Source: Acidobacteriota bacterium
GTDB taxonomy: Bacteria > Acidobacteriota > Thermoanaerobaculia > Gp7-AA8
DNA: 64,000 nucleotides
Direction: 5' to 3'
Assembly: GCA_019244185.1 (NCBI GenBank)
Contig: JAFATB010000014.1
Location: 384,001 to 448,000 of the forward strand
Under the pieces are notes generated by a model that was given only the letters and a program-made list of their open reading frames with translations, searched no databases and was not told the origin of the DNA. Made by a program: the position numbers and the translations under genes. This document shows, piece after piece, positions 55,991-64,000 of the stretch. Numbering within the stretch: position 1 is the first letter of the stretch; each line of letters starts with the position of its first letter.

Positions 55991-56540
55991 GGACCTGCTG
56001 AAGGTCCCGGAGCATCTCGTCGCGGAGATCGTGGAAGGGGAGTTGTACACGTGGCCGCGCCCGCGGCGGCGGCACGAACGTGCGGCTGGCGCGCTTTATC
56101 GCCGCATTGGTGACGCGTATGACGACGGCAACGGTGGCCCCGGCGGTTGGTGGATTGCGGGCGAGCCGGAGCTACATCTCGGGACCGAGATCGTAGTTCC
56201 CGATGTCGCGGGCTGGCGCCGCGAGCGGATCGCGGCGCACGAGGATTTCGCCGCGTACGACATTGCGCCCGACTGGATTTGCGAAGTGATCTCGCCATCC
56301 ACCGGCCGGCACGACCGCGTGCGGAAGCTTCCGCTGTACGCGCGCGAGGGAGTGCCGCACGCGTGGCTCGTCGATCCCGCACTCCAGACGTTGGAGGTCT
56401 ATCGACGCGAGGGAACCAGCTGGCATTTGGCTGCGGCGTTCGGCGGCGAAGACCTAGTGCGCGCGGAGCCGTTCGAAGAGCTCGAGTTTCGGCTCGCAGA
56501 CCTCTGGCTCGCGGAACCTCCCTCCGCAAATCCCGCCTAA
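55956..56540 (+). CDS. Uma2 family (PD-(D/E)XK) endonuclease-like protein
   Basis: EIV.GEL, GGWWI..EPELHL, PD.AGW, PDW.CEV.SPST...D...K..Y...GV...W.VDP. Confidence 0.92.
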   Translation: MQKLKERPATYEDLLKVPEHLVAEIVEGELYTWPRPRRRHERAAGALYRRIGDAYDDGNGGPGGWWIAGEPELHLGTEIVVPDVAGWRRERIAAHEDFAAYDIAPDWICEVISPSTGRHDRVRKLPLYAREGVPHAWLVDPALQTLEVYRREGTSWHLAAAFGGEDLVRAEPFEELEFRLADLWLAEPPSANPA

Positions 56541-58456
56541 CGCCCCCGCTTTGGCGGCTTCCCTTTCGGCGTGAACGGCCGCGCTCCGCGCGGACCTCGC
56601 GTGCCGCGGGCGTCGCGTGAATCGCGAGTGTCGCGCGTATCGCGCTCGTATCGCGGCCGCCCGAACACTTCCTTCGGGCCGAACGGCGCGCGCCGTTCGC
56701 GGGAGTCGGGACGCGTGTCGCGCGACGCCGGCCGCGCGTCGCGGCGCGGCGTGAACTCGCGCGGCGCGTATGGTTCGCGCGCATCGCGGCGCGGAGCGGC
56801 GCGATGCGGTTCCCGATGCGGTTCCCGGCGCGACGGGGCGGTGGGCGGGGGGACGCGTTCGGCGCGTTTGAAATTGACGGCGCGGCCGCGGAATCTCGCC
56901 TTGCCCACGCTCGCGATGACCTGCTCGACGAAGCGTTCGGGGATGCCGACGTAGGTGATCTCGTCGCGAATGTCGATCGGACCGATGTCGCGGCCGGGGA
57001 TGTTGGCCTCGTTCGCGATCGAGCCGACGACGTCGGCGGGGCGGATGCCTTCGCGCTTGCCGACCGACATCTGCAACGTCACGGTGCGATCGTCTTCCGC
57101 CGCAATTTCAGCTGATGGCGTTGCGGCCGTCGCGCGCGGCGGCTCCGGCTCGACGGCGAGCTTGCGTCCGCTGCTCGCGATCTTCGCCGCGGCGGCGGCG
57201 ATCTCGGCGATGTCGAACTGCCCTTCGTCGACGAGCTGTTCGACGAGGCTCAGGTACAGATCGAGATCGCCTTCGCCGATGGTCTTGCGGATGTTGTCCT
57301 TGAACTGCGCGACGCGGTGCGCGGCGATGTCGGCGCGCGTCGGCATCTTCATCGGCTTGATCGGCGTGTTCGTGTAGCGCTCGATCTCGCGCATCATGCG
57401 GCGCTCGCGCGGTGTGATGAAGAGCGTCGCCACGCCGCTGCGCCCTGCGCGTCCGGTGCGGCCGATGCGATGCACGTACGCCTCGACGTCGTACGGGATG
57501 TCGTAGTTGACGACGTGCGTGATCTGCTCGACGTCGAGCCCGCGCGCGGCGACGTCCGTCGCCACGACGATGTCCACCTGTCCCGCGCGCAGGCGGCGAA
57601 TCACGCTCTCGCGCAGCGGCTGGGTCATGTCGCCGTGCATCGCCACCGCCGCGAAACCTCGCGCCTCGAGCTTCTCCGCGAGCTCCGCGGAGCCGGTCTT
57701 CGTGCGCCGGAAAATGAGCGTCGCATCGTTCGGCTCGAGCTCGAGGATCTGCGTCAGCACCTCGAGCTTCTGACCTTCGGAGACATTGAGGAACCGCTGC
57801 TCGATCGCGGGAGCGGTCAGCGCGCGATGTTCGATCTCGACGCGCGCGGGATCGACTAGGTAGCGCTGCGCGATGCGCAGCACTTCCGCCGGCATCGTCG
57901 CGGAGAAGAGCGCCGTCTGCCGCGGCTGCGGCGCGCCGGAAAGAATCCGCTCGATGTCGTCGATGAAGCCCATCTTCAGCATCTCGTCGGCTTCGTCGAG
58001 GACGATCAGCTTCACCGCGTCGAGTTTCAGGCTGCCGCGGTCGAGATGATCGATGAGACGGCCCGGCGTGCCGACGACGATCTGCGCGCCGCGGTCGAGA
58101 CGCTTGAGCTGCGGCACGATCGGCGCGCCGCCGTAGACCGGCAGCACGTGCACGTCCGTGAGCTTCTGCGCGTACGAATGCACGGCTTCCGCGACCTGCA
58201 TCGCCAGCTCGCGCGTCGGCGCGAGGACGAGCGCCTGCGTCGCGCGCGAAGTGAGATCGATGCGTTGCAGGATCGGCAGCGCGAACGCGGCGGTCTTTCC
58301 CGTGCCGGTCTGCGCCTGGCCGATGAGATCGCGCCCTTCGAGCAGCACGGGGATCGTGCGCTCCTGAATGGGCGTAGGCGCCTCGTATCCGAGGTGGGTG
58401 AGGGCGGCGACGAGCTCGTCGCGAAGGCCGAGGGCGGTGAAGGCTGCGTTGCTCAT
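56537..58456 (-). CDS. deaD: DEAD-box RNA helicase (DeaD/CsdA type, with DbpA domain)
   Basis: PTPIQ, AQTGTGKT, PTRELA, TPGR, DEAD, SAT, ARGLD, HRIGRTGR; DbpA RNA-binding domain; Arg/Asp-rich tail. Confidence 0.94.
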   Translation of the reverse strand: MSNAAFTALGLRDELVAALTHLGYEAPTPIQERTIPVLLEGRDLIGQAQTGTGKTAAFALPILQRIDLTSRATQALVLAPTRELAMQVAEAVHSYAQKLTDVHVLPVYGGAPIVPQLKRLDRGAQIVVGTPGRLIDHLDRGSLKLDAVKLIVLDEADEMLKMGFIDDIERILSGAPQPRQTALFSATMPAEVLRIAQRYLVDPARVEIEHRALTAPAIEQRFLNVSEGQKLEVLTQILELEPNDATLIFRRTKTGSAELAEKLEARGFAAVAMHGDMTQPLRESVIRRLRAGQVDIVVATDVAARGLDVEQITHVVNYDIPYDVEAYVHRIGRTGRAGRSGVATLFITPRERRMMREIERYTNTPIKPMKMPTRADIAAHRVAQFKDNIRKTIGEGDLDLYLSLVEQLVDEGQFDIAEIAAAAAKIASSGRKLAVEPEPPRATAATPSAEIAAEDDRTVTLQMSVGKREGIRPADVVGSIANEANIPGRDIGPIDIRDEITYVGIPERFVEQVIASVGKARFRGRAVNFKRAERVPPPTAPSRREPHREPHRAAPRRDAREPYAPREFTPRRDARPASRDTRPDSRERRAPFGPKEVFGRPRYERDTRDTRDSRDARGTRGPRGARPFTPKGKPPKRGR

Positions 58457-58495
58457 ACGATGGAGGCGGTCCGTGCAGGCGCGATACCTGAATTC

Positions 58496-59296
58496 ATGCG
58501 ACGCCTCGTTCTCCTCTTCGCTCTCGCTCTCCCGCTCGCGGCGCAGGACAGCGCGCTGTTTCCGCGCTTCAGTATCACTGGAGCGGTCTCGCCGTCGAAT
58601 TTCACCACCACCGCGCGCATCGATCCCGACGCCTCCAATGCCGAAGGGACGCGCGTCGGCTTCGAGCGAGACCTCGGGCTCGAACGCTCGCACACGCTGC
58701 AGCGCTACGCCGTCGAATGGCGTCCGTTCCGCCGTCACGAGCTCGCGGCGACGTACTTTTCCGCGCCGCGCAGCGGCCTGCAGCAGATCGACCGCGACAT
58801 CATCTTTCGCAACCAGACCTATCCGGTCAGCGCGCTCGTCGGCACGCAGTTCGATCTGACGTCCGCGAGTCTCACGTACACGTATTGGGCGCGGCGCTCC
58901 GACCGCGATGGTCTCGGCATCACCCTCGGCGCCTCGACGCTCTCGCTCGACGCGAGCGTCACGGCGACGCAGGCCGGCAGCTCGATCACGATCCAGCAGA
59001 CCGCCGACACCGACGTCCCCGTCGCGCTCGCGGGACTGCAGGGACGCGTCGCGTTCACGCCGTCGCTCCTCGGCGAGGCGAGCGTCGCCACGCTGCCGCG
59101 CGTCACGATCTCCGACTACACCGGCCACGCGCTCACGGCCGATGCGCGGCTCGAGTTCCGCGCGCTGCGCTGGCTCGGCATCGGCGCCGCGTATCACTAC
59201 TTTCATCTGAACGTCGACGTCGCGCAGACGACGCTCAGCGGCACGCTCGACATGAAGATCCGCGGACCGGAAGGCTACGTGCGGCTGGCGTTCTGA
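58496..59296 (+). CDS. Outer-membrane beta-barrel protein
   Basis: Signal peptide; amphipathic beta strands; terminal GP...Y.L.F barrel signal. Confidence 0.8.
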   Translation: MRRLVLLFALALPLAAQDSALFPRFSITGAVSPSNFTTTARIDPDASNAEGTRVGFERDLGLERSHTLQRYAVEWRPFRRHELAATYFSAPRSGLQQIDRDIIFRNQTYPVSALVGTQFDLTSASLTYTYWARRSDRDGLGITLGASTLSLDASVTATQAGSSITIQQTADTDVPVALAGLQGRVAFTPSLLGEASVATLPRVTISDYTGHALTADARLEFRALRWLGIGAAYHYFHLNVDVAQTTLSGTLDMKIRGPEGYVRLAF

Positions 59297-59328
59297 CGCG
59301 CGGCGAGCGCCGCTATACTGCCGGAACG

Positions 59329-60084
59329 ATGGATCGGTTCCCGTCGGAATTCGAAGCGCTGCTCAACCGCAAAGGCCGCCGCGTGCTCGCGGACGCGCCG
59401 CAACTCGAGGACCTGATCGCGAAGCGCCGCACGCCGATCGTCTTCTTCGACGACATCATCGACCGCGGCGTCGTCGACGACTGCATCCGCCTGCTCGACG
59501 ACGCGCTCTATCCGTGCCTGCGGCGCATGCACACGCCGATTCCGCGTGAGTCGCTGACGGGGATGACGGCGAACTACTCGGAAGCGCTCGCGAAGACCGT
59601 GCGCGTGCGCACCGCGACATTCAACTCGCGCGCGTCGCAAGCGCTCGCCGCCGCGCGCGAGAGCGGCCTGTACGACATGATGACCTCCGCGAGCTTCCGC
59701 CGCTTCGCTCAGGCCGTCACCGGCTCGCATCTGCGCGAGGACTTCTGGGGCCGCCAGGTGATCTGCTACGAGTCGGGCGACTACAGCGGGCCGCACAACG
59801 ATCACCATCCCGAGCGGGCCGAGGCGCGCAACGGGTTCATCGACTTCCACGTGATGTTCTCGAACGCCGCGGTGGCGAATCAGCTGCTCGTGTACGAAGA
59901 ACGCGGCTTCCTCTCGTCCGCGCGCGACGTCTCGTGCCGCTCCGCGATCGCGATCTACCGCCTGCCGTTCTGGCATTACACGACGCCGCTCGTCGCGCGG
60001 GCGGGACGCGAGTCGGAAGCGCGGCGCTGGCTGCTCCTCGGCTCGTTCGACTACGACCCGCCGCTCGACACGCTCGCGTACTGA
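59329..60084 (+). CDS. 2OG-Fe(II) oxygenase-like protein
   Basis: Y..GDY..PH.D (HxD), distal WH...P, terminal R; double-stranded beta-helix pattern. Confidence 0.65.
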   Translation: MDRFPSEFEALLNRKGRRVLADAPQLEDLIAKRRTPIVFFDDIIDRGVVDDCIRLLDDALYPCLRRMHTPIPRESLTGMTANYSEALAKTVRVRTATFNSRASQALAAARESGLYDMMTSASFRRFAQAVTGSHLREDFWGRQVICYESGDYSGPHNDHHPERAEARNGFIDFHVMFSNAAVANQLLVYEERGFLSSARDVSCRSAIAIYRLPFWHYTTPLVARAGRESEARRWLLLGSFDYDPPLDTLAY

Positions 60085-60132
60085 CGCGCTCCCTCGCGCG
60101 TGGCGCGAGGGAGCGCGTCGTCTTCGCGCGCA

Positions 60133-60744
60133 TTACGGAGTTGCGACCGGCGGCGGCACGACGAGACCGCTCGTGCGCAGCGCCCACGCGTTGCTCACGT
60201 ACGTCGTCCAATGGATGCCGTTGTAGCGGGCGTTCACCTTCGCCGCGGCAACGGAAACGTCGACCGGATGAATCGTCTGCGCCGGCACCTGCATCGATTC
60301 GACCGTGAGCGTCGCCGGCACTTCCGCCGCGACCTTGCCGCCGGTGTCGATGATCTGCAGGCGTCCGTCGACGTCGCCGGGCGCGCGCGGATCGGCGAAG
60401 GCGCGCAGGCTGTAGTAGCCGGCGGGGAACGACTGTCCCGGCGAGTCGACGTAGGCGACGCCGAGGTTCACGCCGCGGCTGAAGTCCGCGGGCGCGACCT
60501 TCTCCAGGCCCGCGGCGGGCGCGGTGTAGAACGCGGCGCCCCACTGCGCGTAATGCACCATGGGCGTGGTCTGCAGCGGGACGCCGAGGCGGTTCGCCTC
60601 GTCGCGGAGCATCTGCTCGGTTTCGCTCGTCCACTGCCTGGTGGCGTCGGCGATCGTGCGCGGCGCCGCGGTTCTGGAGCAACTGCAGCCGGTCAGGGCC
60701 GCAACGGTGAGGGTGAGGAACGCAATCAGGATGGGCTTACGCAT
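60133..60744 (-). CDS. Hypothetical lipoprotein
   Basis: GAGGAG SD; MRKPILIAFLTLTVAALTG-C lipobox. Confidence 0.7.
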   Translation of the reverse strand: MRKPILIAFLTLTVAALTGCSCSRTAAPRTIADATRQWTSETEQMLRDEANRLGVPLQTTPMVHYAQWGAAFYTAPAAGLEKVAPADFSRGVNLGVAYVDSPGQSFPAGYYSLRAFADPRAPGDVDGRLQIIDTGGKVAAEVPATLTVESMQVPAQTIHPVDVSVAAAKVNARYNGIHWTTYVSNAWALRTSGLVVPPPVATP

Positions 60745-60840
60745 GGCATGTTCTCCTCTTTCGGTTTTAGGACTTAATAACGTCCATACGCCCAATAGTG
60801 CAGTCATCCTGCGAAACGTTTCAGCGCGTACCATGAGCCC

Positions 60841-61245
60841 ATGACGAAGAAGTACGCGCTCGCCATCGCTCTGCTCGTCGTCGGCACGCTTGCGGGGACG
60901 CAGATCGCGCCCGACTACTACGACCGCGGCCGCATCGGATTCGTGGCCATGCTCGCCGTGGGCTGGATCGCGGCGTTCGTCGCGGCGCGGTGGGCGCGCG
61001 CGTCGGAGCCCGCATACGTCGCGACGTGCGCGATCCTTCCGTGGTCGCTCGCGCTCGGCGGCGTGTCGTATCTCGGCTTCATTTTTCTTCCGCTGGAAGT
61101 CGTCGCGACGGCGTTCATCCTGCGGCGTCTGACGCCGCTGCGCGGCGCGCGGCTCGCGCTCGTGGCGATCGTCATTCGCGCCGTCGCATTCGTGCCGATC
61201 GTGCTTCTCGGGATGGCTGGCGCTTCGTTTGCCGTTACACGTTGA
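60841..61245 (+). CDS. Small integral membrane hypothetical protein
   Basis: 4-5 hydrophobic segments; stop overlaps the fadE start. Confidence 0.6.
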   Translation: MTKKYALAIALLVVGTLAGTQIAPDYYDRGRIGFVAMLAVGWIAAFVAARWARASEPAYVATCAILPWSLALGGVSYLGFIFLPLEVVATAFILRRLTPLRGARLALVAIVIRAVAFVPIVLLGMAGASFAVTR

Positions 61246-63716
61246 TGATGATCGCTTTGAATCCGTATCTGCTCGCTCTCGTCGCGCTCGTGGTGGTCGT
61301 GGCGCTCGGCTTCACCGGCGCGCCGCTGATCCTGTGGGCGCTCGCGCTCGGCGCGATCCTCTACCTCGCGTCGGCGCCGCTCTGGCTGCTCGCCGCGTTC
61401 GCCGCGGTGATGCTCGTCTTCCTCATCGTGCCGATCCGCCGCGTGCTGGTCTCGCGTCTGGTGATGAAGATCCTCGGCCCGGCGATGCCGGCGATCTCGG
61501 AGACGGAACGCACGGCGATCGAGTCGGGCGCGGTGTGGGCGGAGGGCGAGCTCTTCTCCGGCAAGCCGGACTTCCGGAAGCTGATGAACGAGAGCTATCC
61601 GACGCTGACCGCCGAAGAACGCGCGTTTCTCGACGGTCCCGTCGACGAGCTCTGCGCCGTGCTCGACGACTGGGAAATCTGGGAGCGCCGCGAGCTGCCG
61701 CGCGAGGCGTGGGATGTCATCAAGCGCCACAAGTTCCTCGGCATGATCATCCCGAAGGAGTACGGCGGACTCGGATTCTCCGCGCTCGCGCACAGCGAAG
61801 TGATCCTCAAGCTCGCGAGCCGCTCGCTGCCCGCGTGCATCACGGTGATGGTGCCGAACTCGCTCGGCCCCGCGGAGCTGCTCGTCCACTACGGCACCGA
61901 CGAACAGAAGCGGTACCTCTTGCCGCGACTCGCGAGCGGCGAAGAGATCCCCTGCTTCGCGCTGACGGAACCGGGCGCGGGCTCCGACGCCGGCTCGATC
62001 ACGTCGAACGGAACGCTCTTCAAAGGCGAGGACGGCAAGCTCTACATCCGCCTCGAATGGAACAAGCGCTACATCACGCTCGCGGCGATCGCGACGCTGC
62101 TCGGCCTCGCGTTCCGCCTACGCGATCCGGAGAACCTGCTCGGCCAGGGCGAAGACCTCGGCATCACCTGCGCGCTGATTCCGACGACGACGCCGGGCGT
62201 CGTGCTCGGCCGCCGTCACGATCCGCTGTTCACGCCGTTCTACAACTGCCCGACGCAGGGCCACGACGTAGTCGTGCCGGTCGACGCGGTGGTCGGCGGC
62301 GTCGAAGGCTGTGGCAAAGGGTGGCGGATGCTCACCGAGTCGCTCGCGGCCGGCCGCGGCATCTCGCTGCCCGCGCAGAGCACGGGCGGGACGAAGCTCG
62401 CCACGCGCGTCATCAGCGCGTACGCGTCGATCCGCAAGCAGTTCGGCCTGCCGATCGGCAAGTTCGAAGGGATCGAAGAGCCGATCGCGCGCATCGCCGG
62501 CTTCAACTACCTGCTCGACGCCATGCGCAAGTACACGCTCGGCGCGATCGACAGCGGCATCAAGCCGGCGGTGGTGACGGCGATGGCGAAGTACAACGCG
62601 ACGGAGATCGGCCGCAAGGTCGTGAACGACGCCATGGACATCGCCGGCGGCTCCGGCATCTCGCGCGGTCCGCGCAACCTGCTCGCGCACTTTTACGTCG
62701 CCACGCCGATCGGCATCACCGTCGAAGGCGCGAACATCCTCACGCGCACGCTGATCATCTTCGGCCAGGGTGCGTTGCGCGCGCATCCGTACGCGCTGCT
62801 CGAGGTGAACGCGATCGCCGCGCGCGATCTGGCCGCATTCGACCGCGCGTTCTGGGGACACGCGGGTCACATCGTGCGCAACCTCACGCGCGCGATCGTG
62901 CTGTCGGTGACGCGCGGCGCGCTCGCCGGCAGCCCTGTGAGCGGCAGCACGGCGCGCTACTACCGGCGGCTGTCGTGGGCGTCGGCGACGTTCGCGATCA
63001 TGGCGGACGTGGCGATGGGCGCGCTCGGCGGCTCGCTGAAACTGAAGGAGAAGCTCACCGGCCGCTACGGCGACATCCTGTCGTGGATGTACATTGGTAC
63101 CGCGGTACTCCGCCGCTACGAAGCGGAAGGACGGCGCAAGGAAGACCTGCCGTTCGTCCACTTCTCGATGAACCACGCGCTGTACGAAATTCAGAAAGCA
63201 TTCGACGGCATCTTCGCCAACCTGCCCGTGCCCGGCCTCGGCTGGTTCTTCCGCGGACCGCTGCGCATGTGGTCGAACCTCAACGCGCTCGCCGGCGAGG
63301 CGAACGATCAGCACACGCACAAGATCGCGACGCTGATCCTCAGCGACACCGAACAGCGCCTACGCCACACGGAAGGCATTTACATGCCGCAAAACACGCT
63401 CGAGCACCTAAGCCTGCTCGACGAGACGTTCCGCCTCGTCAAGCGTGCCGAGGCGGCGGAGAAGAAGGTGCGCGCGGCCGTGAAGGCGAAGGCGCTGCCG
63501 AAGCTCAAGGGCGCGGCCTCGTTCGATGCCGCACTCGCGAACGGCGTGATCACGCAGGCCGAGCGCGACGACCTCGGGCGCGCCGACGAGTTGCGCGCCG
63601 AGGCGATCGAGGTCGACTCCTTCACGCAGGAGGAGTACCTCAACCACCAATCGCCCGGCGTGCTCGAGCGCGTCCACGAAGCGGAGGAGCCGCTGCTCGT
63701 CGATACGGTGGCGTGA
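61245..63716 (+). CDS. fadE: Long, membrane-anchored acyl-CoA dehydrogenase
   Basis: N-terminal TMs, S.TE..A...G..W, VMVPNSLGP.ELL..YGT, CFALT.P.AGSDA, R.QF..PIG.FEG, ITVEGANILTR, C-terminal DUF1974-type region. Confidence 0.94.
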   Translation: MMIALNPYLLALVALVVVVALGFTGAPLILWALALGAILYLASAPLWLLAAFAAVMLVFLIVPIRRVLVSRLVMKILGPAMPAISETERTAIESGAVWAEGELFSGKPDFRKLMNESYPTLTAEERAFLDGPVDELCAVLDDWEIWERRELPREAWDVIKRHKFLGMIIPKEYGGLGFSALAHSEVILKLASRSLPACITVMVPNSLGPAELLVHYGTDEQKRYLLPRLASGEEIPCFALTEPGAGSDAGSITSNGTLFKGEDGKLYIRLEWNKRYITLAAIATLLGLAFRLRDPENLLGQGEDLGITCALIPTTTPGVVLGRRHDPLFTPFYNCPTQGHDVVVPVDAVVGGVEGCGKGWRMLTESLAAGRGISLPAQSTGGTKLATRVISAYASIRKQFGLPIGKFEGIEEPIARIAGFNYLLDAMRKYTLGAIDSGIKPAVVTAMAKYNATEIGRKVVNDAMDIAGGSGISRGPRNLLAHFYVATPIGITVEGANILTRTLIIFGQGALRAHPYALLEVNAIAARDLAAFDRAFWGHAGHIVRNLTRAIVLSVTRGALAGSPVSGSTARYYRRLSWASATFAIMADVAMGALGGSLKLKEKLTGRYGDILSWMYIGTAVLRRYEAEGRRKEDLPFVHFSMNHALYEIQKAFDGIFANLPVPGLGWFFRGPLRMWSNLNALAGEANDQHTHKIATLILSDTEQRLRHTEGIYMPQNTLEHLSLLDETFRLVKRAEAAEKKVRAAVKAKALPKLKGAASFDAALANGVITQAERDDLGRADELRAEAIEVDSFTQEEYLNHQSPGVLERVHEAEEPLLVDTVA

Positions 63717-63729
63717 GCCGCGGCTGCGA

Positions 63730-64000
63730 TCACGGGTAACCGGAGTTCGAGCAGTCGGGGCCGAGGCCGACCGGCGGACCGTCATCGTCGTCGGGTTTGC
63801 CGCCGTGGCAATCGACGGAGTACGACCAGTCCTTCGGGTGGCCGAGGAGCGCTTTCGCGACGCCGAGGTGCAGTGCGAAATGCGGTTTGTCGTGGGGCGG
63901 TCGATCGTCGCTCATGTGCGTGATGGTGACCGTTGCGTTGTTCTTCAGCGGGATCGGTACGCCGCGTCCGGGAGCATCGATCGGCGCGACGATCAACTGC
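63730..64000 (-). CDS. C-terminal part of a hypothetical protein; truncated by window end
   Basis: Open frame to the window end; ends ...HF..H...DC...GPDCSNSGYP*. Confidence 0.6.
   Translation of the reverse strand, partial: QLIVAPIDAPGRGVPIPLKNNATVTITHMSDDRPPHDKPHFALHLGVAKALLGHPKDWSYSVDCHGGKPDDDDGPPVGLGPDCSNSGYP

Noticed and set aside
55956-56540. Uma2 gene as a defence or mobile system
   Set aside because: Stand-alone member of a commonly expanded family; no methylase, terminal repeats or partner genes
56540-56830. Short tandem repeats at the end of deaD
   Set aside because: They encode the usual Arg/Asp-rich low-complexity tail of DeaD helicases
341-63785. Numerous Arg/Ala/Pro-rich alternative-frame ORFs
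   Set aside because: No motifs, and composition typical of off-frame reading of GC-rich genes

Overview
Very GC-rich (about 70% by eye), very densely packed bacterial chromosome segment with about 65 protein-coding genes. I saw no rRNA, tRNA, CRISPR array, transposase, integrase or prophage. Gene content and protein style suggest a diderm soil bacterium, most likely Acidobacteriota (Thermoanaerobaculia-like); this is inference. Housekeeping genes include recQ, rnd, trxB, tsaB-rimI, selA, plsC, a 2-oxoacid:ferredoxin oxidoreductase pair, ispE, recO, an aroD-aroE fusion, trpE, purC, bcp, psd-pssA, deaD and fadE. They are interleaved with secreted, lipoprotein and TPR genes of unknown function. 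Signals read directly from the DNA: (1) a 17-bp box, GCAA-N5-TGAWAGCG, occurs three times at 16-22 kb, each time exactly 31 nt before a start codon, in a cluster with two paralogous AraC regulators, suggesting a self-contained AraC regulon or cascade; (2) about 18 genes have a -10 hexamer 6-11 nt before the start codon and no Shine-Dalgarno, suggesting leaderless transcription, including one overlapping bidirectional pair; (3) two divergent genes have start codons that overlap in one CATG; (4) a LolB-like lipoprotein sits in the TPR-lolB-ispE position; (5) an Asd homolog has lost its catalytic residues; (6) a DUF2785-like gene is frameshifted; (7) a small Zn-motif ORF not called separately by the ORF track lies behind a perfect 14-bp inverted repeat. 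Family names come from motif recognition, not from database searches.
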